NCBI RefSeq assembly: GCF_000143415.4
Contig: NW_003314391.1
Span: forward strand, 186,001 to 250,000
Direction of reading: 5' to 3'
Origin: Selaginella moellendorffii
Lineage: Eukaryota; Plantae; Lycopodiophyta
Length of the DNA: 64,000 bases
The position numbers and the translations under genes are program-made. A model generated the notes under the pieces. That model ran no database searches and had not been told where the DNA came from. It saw only the letters and a list, made by a program, of their open reading frames with translations. Position 1 is the first letter of the stretch. The number at the start of each line of letters is the position of its first letter. Below are positions 12,257 through 24,082 of this stretch, piece after piece.

Positions 12257-12950
12257 GGCGGACCAACGGCTGGGATTGGATCTCTTCATCTGATCCCACG
12301 AACACGAAAAGCTGTAGAGGCAAAAAGAATTTTGCAACTTTTACTAATAAAAACTGATCGTCTGATCTCAACCGCTAAGCTCTCCTGGGCCGTTGGATTG
12401 GTACGTCGCCAACACCCGACAGGGTATCTTGCAGGTGGCGACTAACAATCTTAATCGCAATCTTTCAATTCCAATTCTTTTGTATGACGAAATAGTCAAC
12501 ATTCCACCCCCGAAAATATATGACACGTTTGACTTCTTGCGGAGACATTGACAAATAGCCTGAATTTTATTGATGTTTGTCAGTACAAGTGACCATTGTC
12601 ACAAATCCATTCTAGCTTTTAAAGATGCTTTTCTTTTCTTCCTTTTTCTTTCACCGCCGTTGCTGCGTGGTTGCTACAAATGGCAATGCTGCTACTGTTC
12701 AGTGGGAACCGTGTCACATCTCACTCGAATTTGAAAGAAAAAATGAGAAAGGAAAGAAAATGTGGTTTATTCCACTCAATAATTCTCCTCAAAGAGCAAT
12801 AATTTTTAGTGCGTTCTAAAGGGTTGACATTTATACAATCATAAGGTCAACTTCTTTTTACAAAAAGAATAGCCAACATGTTCCCTTTTATTGTTGGAGT
12901 TTTCTTCATGGGTTGGAATCTGGAGCCCAGTAGGTCTTTGTATCAAAATG

Positions 12951-15099
12951 CTAGAAAGAATTTGCTAAAGCCAACCATGATCCAGAATCATGGTGGTCAA
13001 CGTCCAGATTCTTCGTCCGAATTGCATGATGAACACCAGCTGCACACAAGAATGCAGTCTTAACGGCTGAATCTGGCACAAATGGCATGTTTTGGAGAAG
13101 ATCCTGAGCATGATTCAGCTGTCCAGACTTGCATAACACGTCAACCACGACACAGAAATGCTCCTTCTGAGGAGATATTCCATGCTCCAAATTCATCAAT
13201 TTGAAACACTTGCAACACTCTCGAACCATTCCGGCATGGTTGCATCCCACAATTCCAGAGTGAAAAGTTGCCTCGTCAGGCTTGACGCCCTCAAGAGAAA
13301 AATCACAAACCAGGGAATCAATTTCTCTTTGTAACTCCCTTAGATGCCCTTGATGGGCATATGCGGCAAGCATAGAATTCCATGACACAAGATTTCTCTC
13401 TGGCATGCTGTCAAACATTAAGACTGCTAAATCTATGTCATGGTTTTGGATCATTGTGTTCCAGGAAAATAAGTCTTTTTGTTCCATTCTACCGAAAAGA
13501 AGCTTTGCTAAATCTATATAACCATTCCTGCAATATGCTGCGAGCAAAGCATTTGTGGCCACCAAATCTTTCGCTGGCATCTTTTCGTACAAAATTCTAG
13601 CCTCGTCTAGCTGATAGTTTCTGCCGTACTCTACAATTAAGATCGTACAAGAAGATGGATCCTCTTGTTTTCTTGATTCAAGCATTTCAATCGCTCGTTC
13701 TTGGTGTCCGCTCTGGACAAATCCTTGAAGCATTGCTCTCCACGCGATTGGATCACACTCCGGCATTCTCAGAAATATCTCCTCCGCATCTCGAATTTGG
13801 CCGATCTGAGACAAAGCTTGAATCATTGTAGTGAATGACACGATACTTCTGTGATTCATGGCCTGGAAGAGATCTCTTGCCCGATCGATTTGCCCGTTTA
13901 GGGAACACGCCTGGATCATAGCATTGCAGGTAACGAGATCACAGATGGGCATTCTGTGAAAGAGATTTTCCGCCTTTTGGAGCTCGCTATTCTCGCCATA
14001 GGCAGAGATCATCGCATTCCACGCTTGGATGTTTTGCTCCGGCATTCCATGCCGTAATTCGTCTGCCAAATCCAGGTTTCCCATTCGGGAATGTGCTGCA
14101 ATCGCAACGGTACATGCGATTGCATCAACGACGGGCATCGCTTGGAATGTGGCGATGGCCATTTCGAACATTCCATTGTCAGAATATGCTTGCATCATGA
14201 TCGTGAACGACTGGAGATTCCTCTCTGGCATCTCGCTGAACAAACGTCTTGCTTTCTCCAAATGCCCTTGCCTGGTATATTCTGCTATCAGTGTGTTCCA
14301 AGATGCCAGATTTCTTTCTGGAGCTGCCTCAAACAGAGCAGAGGCTTCTTCTAGGGAGCCATTTCGAAGAAACGCCCTTAAAAGAATATTCCAAGACTCC
14401 ACTGTCTTTTCTTTCATTACCTCAAAAGTGGATCTCGCCTGACACATTTGCCCATTTTCGGCATATACGCCAAGCATAGCATTGCAACACACGAGATTCC
14501 ATTCGGGCATTTGGCCAAAAATCTCTCTTGCTCTAGACAGATTCCCTGTCCCGGAATATCCTGGCAAAACCGCCGTGCATGACACTAGATTCCTAAAAGG
14601 CATATGCTCAAATGCATAGATTGCGTCCTCCAGATGCCCAGCTTGGGCATACGCGACAACCATGGTAGTCCACGAAACCATCGACTTCATGGGAATTTGA
14701 TCAAACAGTTTCTTGGTCTCTTCAAAGTTTCCAGCTTGAGCATAAGCTTGCAACATCAAGTTCCAAGAGACGATAGTTTTTTCTGGCATGCTTTATGGGC
14801 ATTGCTTGATCGAGATGCCCATTTTGGGCATAAGCGCCCAGCATGATGTTCCACGAGTAAGTGTTCGGATGCTGGATTGCCTGGAAAGCAATGCGGGCAT
14901 CTTCGACGCTGGAACACTTAGAAAACATGAGAACAGTCAAGTTCAAGAGGTAGATGTCCTTCGAGTGAGCGTCGCTTGCGAAGATCTTGGAGTAAACTTG
15001 CCGCCCGGTGATGAGATCCTTGGATTGAGCACAGTTTCTCAACAAGGAGGCCAGATCTTCCCTGGATAGCTCGTTGTTTCCAAGAAGAGCTTGAGCCAT
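12951..15099 (-). CDS. PLS-class pentatricopeptide repeat protein (E-type end, no DYW), frameshift near 14790; possibly a pseudogene
   Basis: Many 31-aa repeats (MPERNLVSWN...), terminal EHFCVVVDVLCKSGQL...MPFVPD. The N-terminal ORF (14722-15102) and main ORF (12951-14789) are in different frames. Confidence 0.85.
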
Positions 15100-15187
15100 C
15101 AACTTTGCCTGGAAAGCATTCTTTTATGTCACCAGTTTTGGAGAAGGAAAGAAAGAGAGCTTACGTTGTGGTTGTTTTGGAACATAC

Positions 15188-16048
15188 TCAATCGACAACA
15201 TACAAACGTCCTGGAATGACGAAGTTTTACTCCCGCTCAAGCTTAAAAACAAAAAGAAGTGGAAGCTCACCACACTGCCGGACGCAAATCTCTCGAACTC
15301 GCTTCAATGCTCCCGTCACAGCGTCGCTGTACACTCTCGTCTCGATGCTGCCCTCGAGGTAGACATTGTTCCTGCAACAAAATCGAATTAGACTTGAACA
15401 GAAAAAAAAAAAAAAAAACTCGCGATCTCTCAGGGAAAAACAACGATCAAAGATGGAAGGAAGAGTGACCCTTTGGTGAGCTTTCTGGCCATGTCTAAAA
15501 GCCCGAGCTTGAAGACGCAAACTCGGTGCCACTGCGTGAAGCTCCGCTCCGCATAAGTTTCCCAATGCTCTCCTTCCAGCTGCTTCCTGTTGTTGCGAAG
15601 CCCGCCAGTTCCCAGCGAGAAGATCACCACCGAGACATTGGTGGCAAAAACTCTCTCCACTGGTTTCTGTCCCACTGATCCAACCAAGATCGCCTAGGAA
15701 AACGAAAGGAGAAAAAGGAGAGAACCATTTGATCAACCCCGATTGATCAAGCAAAAATTGTACCTTGTAAATGCCGGGCCCATAGTACTTGTCCGGTGAC
15801 GCGAAAACAGCCTTCTTCATGTATTTGGTCTCCTGTGGATGTGGTTCTTCCTCGTCCGTGTCCGCGGCGGGCAACCCGCAGTCCCGAATCTCCTCTCCAT
15901 GATCCTCTTCCACCTCTTCCACTTTGGTGCAATACGCGAACCGATCCTTTCCAAAACCTGTACCTCTGCTGCTTGCGGCCAGGAATCTACTGCAGCTAGA
16001 TCGCAAACCTCCATTCCGGAGCGCGCGGCACAAGTGCAAGAGCGCCAT
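15188..16048 (-). CDS. SSB1: Mitochondrial single-stranded DNA-binding protein
   Basis: Transit-like N-terminus, GIYK/..GSVGQKP, FSLGTGG, QWHRVCVF, VYLEGSIETRVYSD..KRVREICVR. Last exon RLYVVD*. Confidence 0.9.
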
Positions 16049-16269
16049 AGCTCGAAATGCCCTGCTTTTTTAGGGCTTTCGCGAGGTGGATATTCTCCGG
16101 ATGTTTTTTTGCCATTTGAAATTTCCCGCCCTTTAACGTTAGGGCTACCAAATATTCTCTAATCAAATAATACCATATTTGGTTCCTCTTCAATATGGAA
16201 ATATCCATACCTGGTCATCTGTAGCTTATAAAAACCCTATTCTTGTAACACTAACACAGACAAGTCAAG

Positions 16270-17595
16270 ATGAAAGTTATTAGCTTTATTTTGTTCTTCC
16301 TCATTGCATGCCTTCCACTATCACAAGCTATTAGATCCAATCCCAGTGAAGATCTTGGTGGTGTCCAGGGACTGTTTATCTTTGGAGATTCAGCTCTAGA
16401 TGCTGGGCAAAACACTTACATTCCAGGCTCTAGGATTATGAGTGCTGTTCCACCATATGGGAAATCATACTTTGACAAGCCAACAGGTCGCTGGACAGAT
16501 GGCCGCACAATAGGGGATTTTCTTGCTCAGGCCCTTGGGCTTCCGTTGCTTCCGCCGTACCTCCGACCTGGAGCCAACTTTAGCAGCGGCGTCAACTTTG
16601 CATCTGCTGGAGCAGGCTTGTTGGATGAAACAAATGCTCATCAGGTAAAACCTTATATAGTTTCTTATGGTCTAGAAAAGATGCTGATACTTCTTTTGTA
16701 TTAGGGAGTTGTTTCCATGAAGCAACAGCTGCATCAATTCCGTAATGTCATAGATGGCTACAAAAGGGTCAAAGGAGCAGACTCTACCACTCAATTCTTG
16801 AAGAGCTCAATAGCTATGTTCAGCATCGGAGCAAATGATATAGCTAATAATGCACCTGGAAACTCGCTTCTTTTTCAAGAGATGTTAGAAACCTACTCTA
16901 ATGCCATCCAGGTAAATATTATGTTATGCTGTGATTAAATATTTATAATGTCTGGATTTGTAGGAAATTTATAATTTGGGTATTAAATATATTGTCCTTC
17001 TTTTGGCACCACCATTGGGATGCACTCCAAATTTGAGATCCCTTTCAGCACAAAGTAGAAATACAAACTTAACTCCAGAGGGTTGTGTAGGTGGTATCAA
17101 CTCTATTATTAACTATTATAATACCCAAGTTCAGAATCTTGCTATTAAAATTCACAATGACTACCGCGACTTGAACATTGTGACGTTGAACCCAACAACT
17201 GTTGTCTTGACTATCTTGAGCAACCCTGATAAATATGGTAAGTTCAACTAATTATTTTTTTTCTTTTCTGATTTCTGATATGATCCAATGATCTTATCTC
17301 AGGTTTTAAAGAAGCAGAGAAAGCATGTTGTGGTGGTGGTCCATTTAACGCAGCAGAGTTTTGTGCTGATGTTGATAAACATGATTGGAAGCCAAATCAC
17401 AAGAACAAGTACCAACAATCTGTATGTAGCAATCCAAAGGACTACCTATACTTTGACAGCAATCACTTCACTGAAGCTGGTACTTGGATGATGTTGAAAA
17501 ACTTCTGGTATGGATCTTATGCTGTAGCAAAGCCTAGTAATCTTAGTTTCTTCCTCTCTAGATTTACAATCCCAAATCCACCACCAAAGCCTTAG
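16270..17595 (+). CDS. GDSL esterase/lipase, 4 exons
   Basis: Signal peptide, IFGDSALDAG, PTGRWTDG, GVNFASAGAG, GAND, ACCGGG, YFDSNHFTEA. Confidence 0.92.
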
Positions 17596-18262
17596 AAAGA
17601 GTTTAGTTTTTTATATTGGAATTATTCCAAATAAATATAAATATGTTTCTTCTTGGTAAACTCTTTAAGTTTGACATGATTTTCAACAATGACTAAACCT
17701 CAAATTTTCTCCTAATTCACATCTCTGGTTTAAAGTTTTCTCGTAAATTCAGTGTCCAGAGCAAACTTGGAGGATTCATTCGAGCAGCTTCCCGGAACAC
17801 CTTCAGGATTTTCATCCATGCGCTTCCCTGACGAAACTTCGCCAAGAGGAACGTTTGCAATCTCCTGGCAGCGACAAGCAAGCAAATCTCCCCTTAAATC
17901 GCAAAGCATCTCCTCCAATCCCGACAACTCCACTGCTCACAGCTTCACGAAAAATACAAGGATGAAAACGGGCCATCTCTCCCCCATCGAGAGATCCCCC
18001 GAGCTAGCAGAATAAAAAAGCCATTCGGGGGCGTGTAGTTCTCACTAGGCATTAACTCTAGATATAGCAACATGCGGACACGAACTTCTCCACATTCAGC
18101 CGCCTGTTCTCCATGACCAACATCACTGCTGAGATCCGCTCCTCGCTCATCCCGGACAACTCTATACAGCTAACGTGGGGACCAACCTCGAGGCACGGGC
18201 TTGACGTAAGAGATCATGGAGATGACCAATGGCTCGCAAAAGAGCTTCTCCCCATCATTGTC

Positions 18263-18340
18263 CCGCTGCGAGATGATGGCGTACAGGAAGGCCGGGACGA
18301 GCGACATGAGGCGATTGCCCAGGCCGAAGGTGCATAGCGA
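18263..18340 (-). pseudogene. Xyloglucan fucosyltransferase (GT37) fragment
   Basis: Translates FGLGNRLMSLVPAFLYAIISQR, matching the GT37 GLGNR..SL...FLYAL motif. Isolated. Confidence 0.7.
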
Positions 18341-18779
18341 TTGAGCAGCGCTATAACAAGCGCCATGGACACAGTCAGCTATGAATTTCCCAAACCATCA
18401 ACCACTAACCCTGCTTTTGGGGTGTTTAGCGTGTTGGGCTAGAACTCAAAGATTTCCAATCTTCATGTTATAGAAATTTCTTTTGACTTTAGGGAAGGAG
18501 TGCTTAAGCGATCTTGCATCAAGATCTCCCCAAGAAAAAGAGATTTGTAACAAGGGAGTGTAGGCCAAGGCAAGCGACACAACTCCGGGTGGAAATAGAA
18601 AAACTACCTCAACACAGATCAAGCTGGTGCAGCGTCTGCCACGAAAGGCATGCACTCGAGAAGCTCCTGCGCCAGCACAAGCTCGCCTGCCTGAGCCAAT
18701 GCATCGATCAAACACACGTAGTGCTCCACTCCAGCAAAATCCCTCCCCCGCAACTGAGTGCCACCGCATGGACATAATG

Positions 18780-21560
18780 CACAGCTTGCCTGCAAGCGGC
18801 CAGGAGAGACACGAAGGTCTGCCTAGATCCCTTGCAGCTGCATCATGCCGAAGAGCTGCCAAGTCTGCCCCAGCGCTGCTGTAGTGAACAGGCTGAGGCA
18901 TAGGCAGAGATGAGCGTGCTCCCAAGTGGCAGAGTGCCGCGAGATGGCCTGGCAAATCTTAAAACCAAGAAGCAACGTCTTTAGTTTTTTATCCTGCATG
19001 AGCTGTGAACTGGATCAAAACAGTGTAAAGACGCAAAACCTGTTTCATGGTTTTGAGGCTGACGAAGCTCCCTTTCGAATGTGCTGGCAAGAAGTGCCAG
19101 CTGGAGCGGCGGCTCGACGAGGATCTCGGGCCAACTTTGAGTTCCGGTTGAAGGGATGGTGGCGAAGCTGGAGCAAGTGTTGGCGACGAAGCTCCAGGAC
19201 GAGGAGGAGAGGAAGTGCATGAGAGCAATCCATTAGTCGGCTTACCTCATTACTACCAGCAGGTCGAGATTGGAAGGATGTGGCGATTGTTCTGGCGGGC
19301 GAGGTGCAATGCACAGGTTCACAGGGGGGACGAGGGGAGCGAAGGGACCCTTCAGATGATGGCCGGGTACGCACAAGACAAGGAAGTAGCGAGGAGGGTG
19401 ATGGAGGAGTGGAAGGTGAAGTTTGGGAGCCATAAAGATCTCTGCTGATGGGAGTTCTTTTGTGTTCTTCTTGACACAGTTAAGTTAAATTCCACTTGAC
19501 TTCGCAGAATCCGTGACTGCTCCTCCCATAATCCGACGCTGGAGAGATGTGGAGACTCGTGAAGATTGACGACAGAGACAAGGCAGCGTACTCTCTCATG
19601 TCTTGGGAGGAGTCGCTTCCGACCCCATGCTAGTCACCATTGCCACTGCGTTGCTAAGCTGGTTGGCCCGGCCGAGCATGTCTACCACGCACGCCTTGTG
19701 CTCACACCTCGGACTCACTCCATACTTGGAGAGCATAAGCCCGGTGAAACACATCGAGGACCTTCTCAGCGTCACCCCTGGCGGCTGTATCCAGCTGCGA
19801 GAGCGTTCCATGCTACCAGATCTGGAGTTTGAGCTGCGTCAAACGCCTGCTGTGCGTCGATCATACTTCCGGCTTTTCCAAACACGTCCACCATGCTGTT
19901 GGAGAGCACAGTGGCTTTCTCGCTCCATATCTGTATACTTCCCCAACGATGGCTTTAGTGACTTCCAGCGATCCCTCAGAAGATCTTCCCTTGAGCACGG
20001 GGACGAAGACCCGGGCATCTAGAGCACAGTAAGCCGGACCGAGTTTCAGTTTCATTCCCGCAAAGAGTTCCAGAAATTTGTCTCCATCACCAGAGTCCGC
20101 GTACCACATGTCCACGAGACTATCCACGGTGTGGCATCCCGTCGAAAACTCCTGCAAACTCCCACACTTGCATACATCTCCATCAAACTACTGGCCAGAA
20201 AGAAGTCCCAATCCCTTTCTCCAGTGACGACTCTTTGACAGCCTTTCCATCCACCTGAGTGGACTCTTCCATTGCAGCGACGCGTATGCAAGCCTTGTGT
20301 GCCGCTCGAAGACGTGAGCTCAGGAACCTCTCCGCAATGATCAACACAGGCCAGAATCAGCGAAGTCCACGACATGACGTCGTGGGAGCACATCTGGTCG
20401 AAAACTCCTCGAGCATTCAGCAGGCTCACTTCGCGCGTAAGCGTCAACTAAGGTGCTAGCCTTAGTCGACGATCACATCCGTCTTACAGTATTGTCTCGA
20501 ATCTTCATGAACTGCCAGTGTTCTCTCCAAGCTTGACCAGTTTTCCATTAACTTCCACGGCCCCTTCCTTGGCCGCCAAGCCGTGACAGGCCTTCGACGC
20601 AGCAACTAAAAGGGCCACTGTTTTCCATCTGAGAAAACAAATCGAAAACTACATCTGCTTGCGAGATCTCCACGTATCCCAGCATGGGCACCGTCCGGCT
20701 ATGGCAAGGCATGCTCCTAAAAACTCTGTTAGCCTCCACCATGCTTCCACACTTGGCATACACGTCTACGAGAGTGTTCGCGAAAAACTCGTCCCTCGGG
20801 TATCCTTTCTCCGCAGCTTGGATGTGAATTGCCATCCCTTTCTCCAGAGGATCCGCTTTCACCATCTTCCCTTGATGCTTGTGGCTTCTTCTTTCACTGC
20901 TAATCCAATGCAGGCCTTCAAAGCATCGACAAACGTCAAGGCATCCGCTGTAGTAGCGCTCCCAAAGCTTTCCATTCCCACCACTAGCGTGTTCCATGAT
21001 ACCACACTGTGGCAAGTCATCCTGTCGAAAACTCCTCGGGCATCTGTTTTCACAAACATATCGTTTCCAACGAAAACATCCAGCGATCTTTGTGCCAACT
21101 TTCATAGCCGTTCCATCCAAAGGTTCTCCCCACTTTCCTCTCCCAGCAAAATCTGCGCAAGCTTTCACTGCTGAGCCAAAGCATCGAGCATCCGGCTTGA
21201 TCTCTCCAGCTTCTATGCTGTCAAAAAACTCGAGCTCACTCTCCCGTCTTCTACGTACCCGAGCACTAGAACAATCTACGAGATCACACTGTGCCGGGAG
21301 CTTGGCGTACATTTCCACCAGCGAGCTCGCTACGCAGCTCGAGAGTGGATTCTCGTGCCTTGTTCTAGAGCTTTCAGCACACCGATGAGTCTCGCTTCTT
21401 CTCTGACCGCTAGAGCCGAGCAAGCCTTGATCACCGCGAAGAAAGTAACGGTATCCGGTGCGCAGCCTTTGCTTTCCATCTATGAGAATGTGGCCCAAGA
21501 TGCAGGCCACTACATTGTGGCAAGACATCCTGTCAAACAACCTCCTCGCCTCAACCAGGC
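18780..21560 (-). pseudogene. Heavily degraded PLS-class PPR gene(s)
   Basis: Scattered frames: ARGVFDRMTCHSVVSWN, FFANTLVDVYAKCGSMVEANRVFRSMP, FDQMCSHDVMSWTSLI, EHKACVVDMLGRANQL. Many frameshifts. Confidence 0.85.
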
Positions 21561-22329
21561 TGCCACACCTCCCATATGCCGATCAAGCTGCAAGAAACGT
21601 AGAGATTGGAGCAAACCCCGCTCTGGATGGCGCGATCGTGGAGCACCCTTCCCTTCTCTAAATCCTTGGAGCTCCAGCAGGATTTCAACCCCGATAGAAG
21701 AAATGTGTGCTGTGATTCCTGTGAGGAGCCCGCGTCGAAGGAAACGTGCTACCAAAATTATTAAAACGAGAAGGCTCAAACCTTGATTTGTGAGCCTAAC
21801 GTGTCTGGTCTGCGAGCAAGAAATAGTGGTATTTATTGCGAGAAAACTCCACCTCTACACTTACCTCATAACCAATTCCTCGCTCGCAATGCCGATTCTA
21901 GGACGATGGGCTCGGATAAATCCACGCCTTGGGTGGCGAGCAAAGCCCTCAAAGAGCACCGTCCAGGCCTCAAGATTGTTAATAAGCTAGCCACCACAAA
22001 CTGCGTTGTAATTTGCTTTTTGATTTGGAGTGGCCAGTTCTCTTCTTTGCTTTCATGTACATCAAGCTCGAAGAGAAAAAAAATCTGGATCAGCTACTAG
22101 CTAAAGACGACATCCAGTCGATTACACAGCAGCCAGTTCCAAGTCCTTAGCGCCACCGTCTCAAAGCCCTGCGATCGAGTGACAAAAGACGTCCTCTTTG
22201 ATAAGAACCGCGAGACAACCGCACCAGCTGCTCGCAGACGATCCACGGAGCTCCCACTTTCTTGGAGCCAAAGTCCATTTCCTGGAGCAACGCAAGCATC
22301 ATGACGAAGGGATTAGCAAAGCAAAAGTT

Positions 22330-22730
22330 CCAAGGAAAAGCTCTTGAGCAAGATAGTTTATACCGGCACCAACAGGATCATTCGCTGTGAAGGTCACATT
22401 TCTCGTTGGACGTAGCATGACTTCCATCTGGAAAAGTACAATAGAAACGAGAAAATGAGAGAAGGCATATTTCTTTCTCTGTGAACTCACCCAGGTTGAC
22501 GACTCGTCTTGAAGTTTTGATCGCTGAATCCAATCGAGATCACTCCTCTTTGTCCTCGATCGCACACGGCCATCTCAAAGCGGTAGCGAAGCCTTCTGGA
22601 TGGAGCCAGCCTATTTCCTGGACGTCCCCCAATGCCCCAGTCGCTGTAGACTCTCGGCGAGATAGACATTGGTCCTGCAACAAGCCGATACAGCATCGGA
22701 GCCTCTCAAATTAAAAAGCCAAGCAACCTA
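22330..22730 (-). pseudogene. RanBPM/RanBP10-type SPRY-domain fragment with introns
   Basis: NRLAPSRRLRYRFEMAVCDRGQRGVISIGFSDQNFKTSRQPG and TFTANDPVGAGINYLAQELF resemble plant RanBPM SPRY. Confidence 0.75.
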
Positions 22731-22799
22731 CAGCAACGAAACAAAAAAGATGAATTTTTCTGAAAGGAGAAAGTTAAGTTCGATGGTAGAAATGAGAAA

Positions 22800-23410
22800 A
22801 GAAAACTCTCAATCTCTCAGGGAAAAACGAAAAAGATGAGCAAGACTAAAGATGGAACGAAAACTGACCCTTTTCGTGAGCTTTCTGGAAAGCCCGAGCT
22901 TGAAGACGCAAACTCATTGCCACTGCGTGCTCCGCATAAGTTTTCCAATGCTCTCCTTCAAGCTGCTTCCTATTGTTCCAAAGTTCGTCAGTGGAACATC
23001 ACCACCGACATTGGTGGTAAAAATCCTCTCCACTGGTTTCTGTCCCACCGATCTAAACAAGATCGCCAAGGAAAACAAGAAGAGAAACAAACATTGAGAA
23101 CGATTCATCAAATCAAGCAAAAGACGAGAATCACACACTACCTCGTAAATGCCGGGCCCAGATTCAGATTCATGTATTTGGTATGGTTCATCCTCGCCCG
23201 TCTCCGCGGCTGTCTCAAATCTCCTCGTCATGATCCCTTCCACTTTGGTGCAATAAGCGAGCCCAGAAACTGTAGCTCTGCTTCTGGCGCCCAAGAATCT
23301 AGCAGCTAGATGGCAAACCTCGATTCCGGAGCGCGCGGCACAACTGAGCTGCTCTTTTAGGGCTCTTCGCGAGGTGAATATTCCACAGATAATTTTGAGA
23401 ATTCCCGCCC
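22800..23410 (-). pseudogene. Degenerate copy of the SSB gene 5' half (15420-16130)
   Basis: Shared aagcccgagcttgaagacgcaaactc, caccaccgac..ttggtgg, ctctccactggtttctgtcccac, ccggagcgcgcggcacaa. Retains introns; has stops and deletions. Confidence 0.9.
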
Positions 23411-24082
23411 TGCCAGAGAGCCCTAAAATATAAAAACGTGTAAGAAGGTTTATACGGACGCACAAGGCGATCCTTCTGCTTTGCAGCAGTGATTCTTTCT
23501 CTGCTGCGGTCCTGTGTGAGTGGTGGTAGTACACTGGCGCGTTCTTCAGGTGATGACGTGATCGCGGCATTATTGAGCGTGACAAAGGTGCTTGATCTTT
23601 GATTTCTGGCCCCCCTCTCGCTGCTTAAACTCTGTCCGAGCCAGGTTCATTGATCGCGTCGCGGGGCGAGTCACTAGTGCCAGTACTGCGCTCAAGCGGG
23701 TCCTTGGAGCTCGGCTCCCACGGCTTGTACTCGGCCCCTCGGTTCCTCTTCCGTGGAGATCCTTCGCAAGACCTTTCATACCTTTAGTGCCGTGGGAGTT
23801 TTTTATTCAGTCATGCGAAGCACAAGCACGCAACCACTTCCGAGGTACTTCTTTTCTTCTTTGCTTGCTTTTCTCTGCCTTTTGCTTCTTGTTGTCGTTG
23901 TTGTTAACTTACGCTGCTCGTGGATTCGGTCGTTGTAGTGCTACAGCTGTTTTCCAGATTTACTGCTTGCATAGAAGTGGGATGTTTCTTTTGTCTTTCT
24001 TTTAATTCCTCGATATCGATCATACTTCTTGTTGAAACTATAGTCATCTGTGCTAGTTTCTACGGATCTGAAATCTCGGAAG

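Noticed and set aside
12951-14789. 93-bp periodicity as a CRISPR-like array
   Set aside because: It is the 31-aa PPR coding repeat; no identical repeats with unique spacers.
18660-18710. Cytochrome P450 gene
   Set aside because: Only GSGRRACAG without the conserved Phe or other P450 motifs; mentioned only as a weak fragment.
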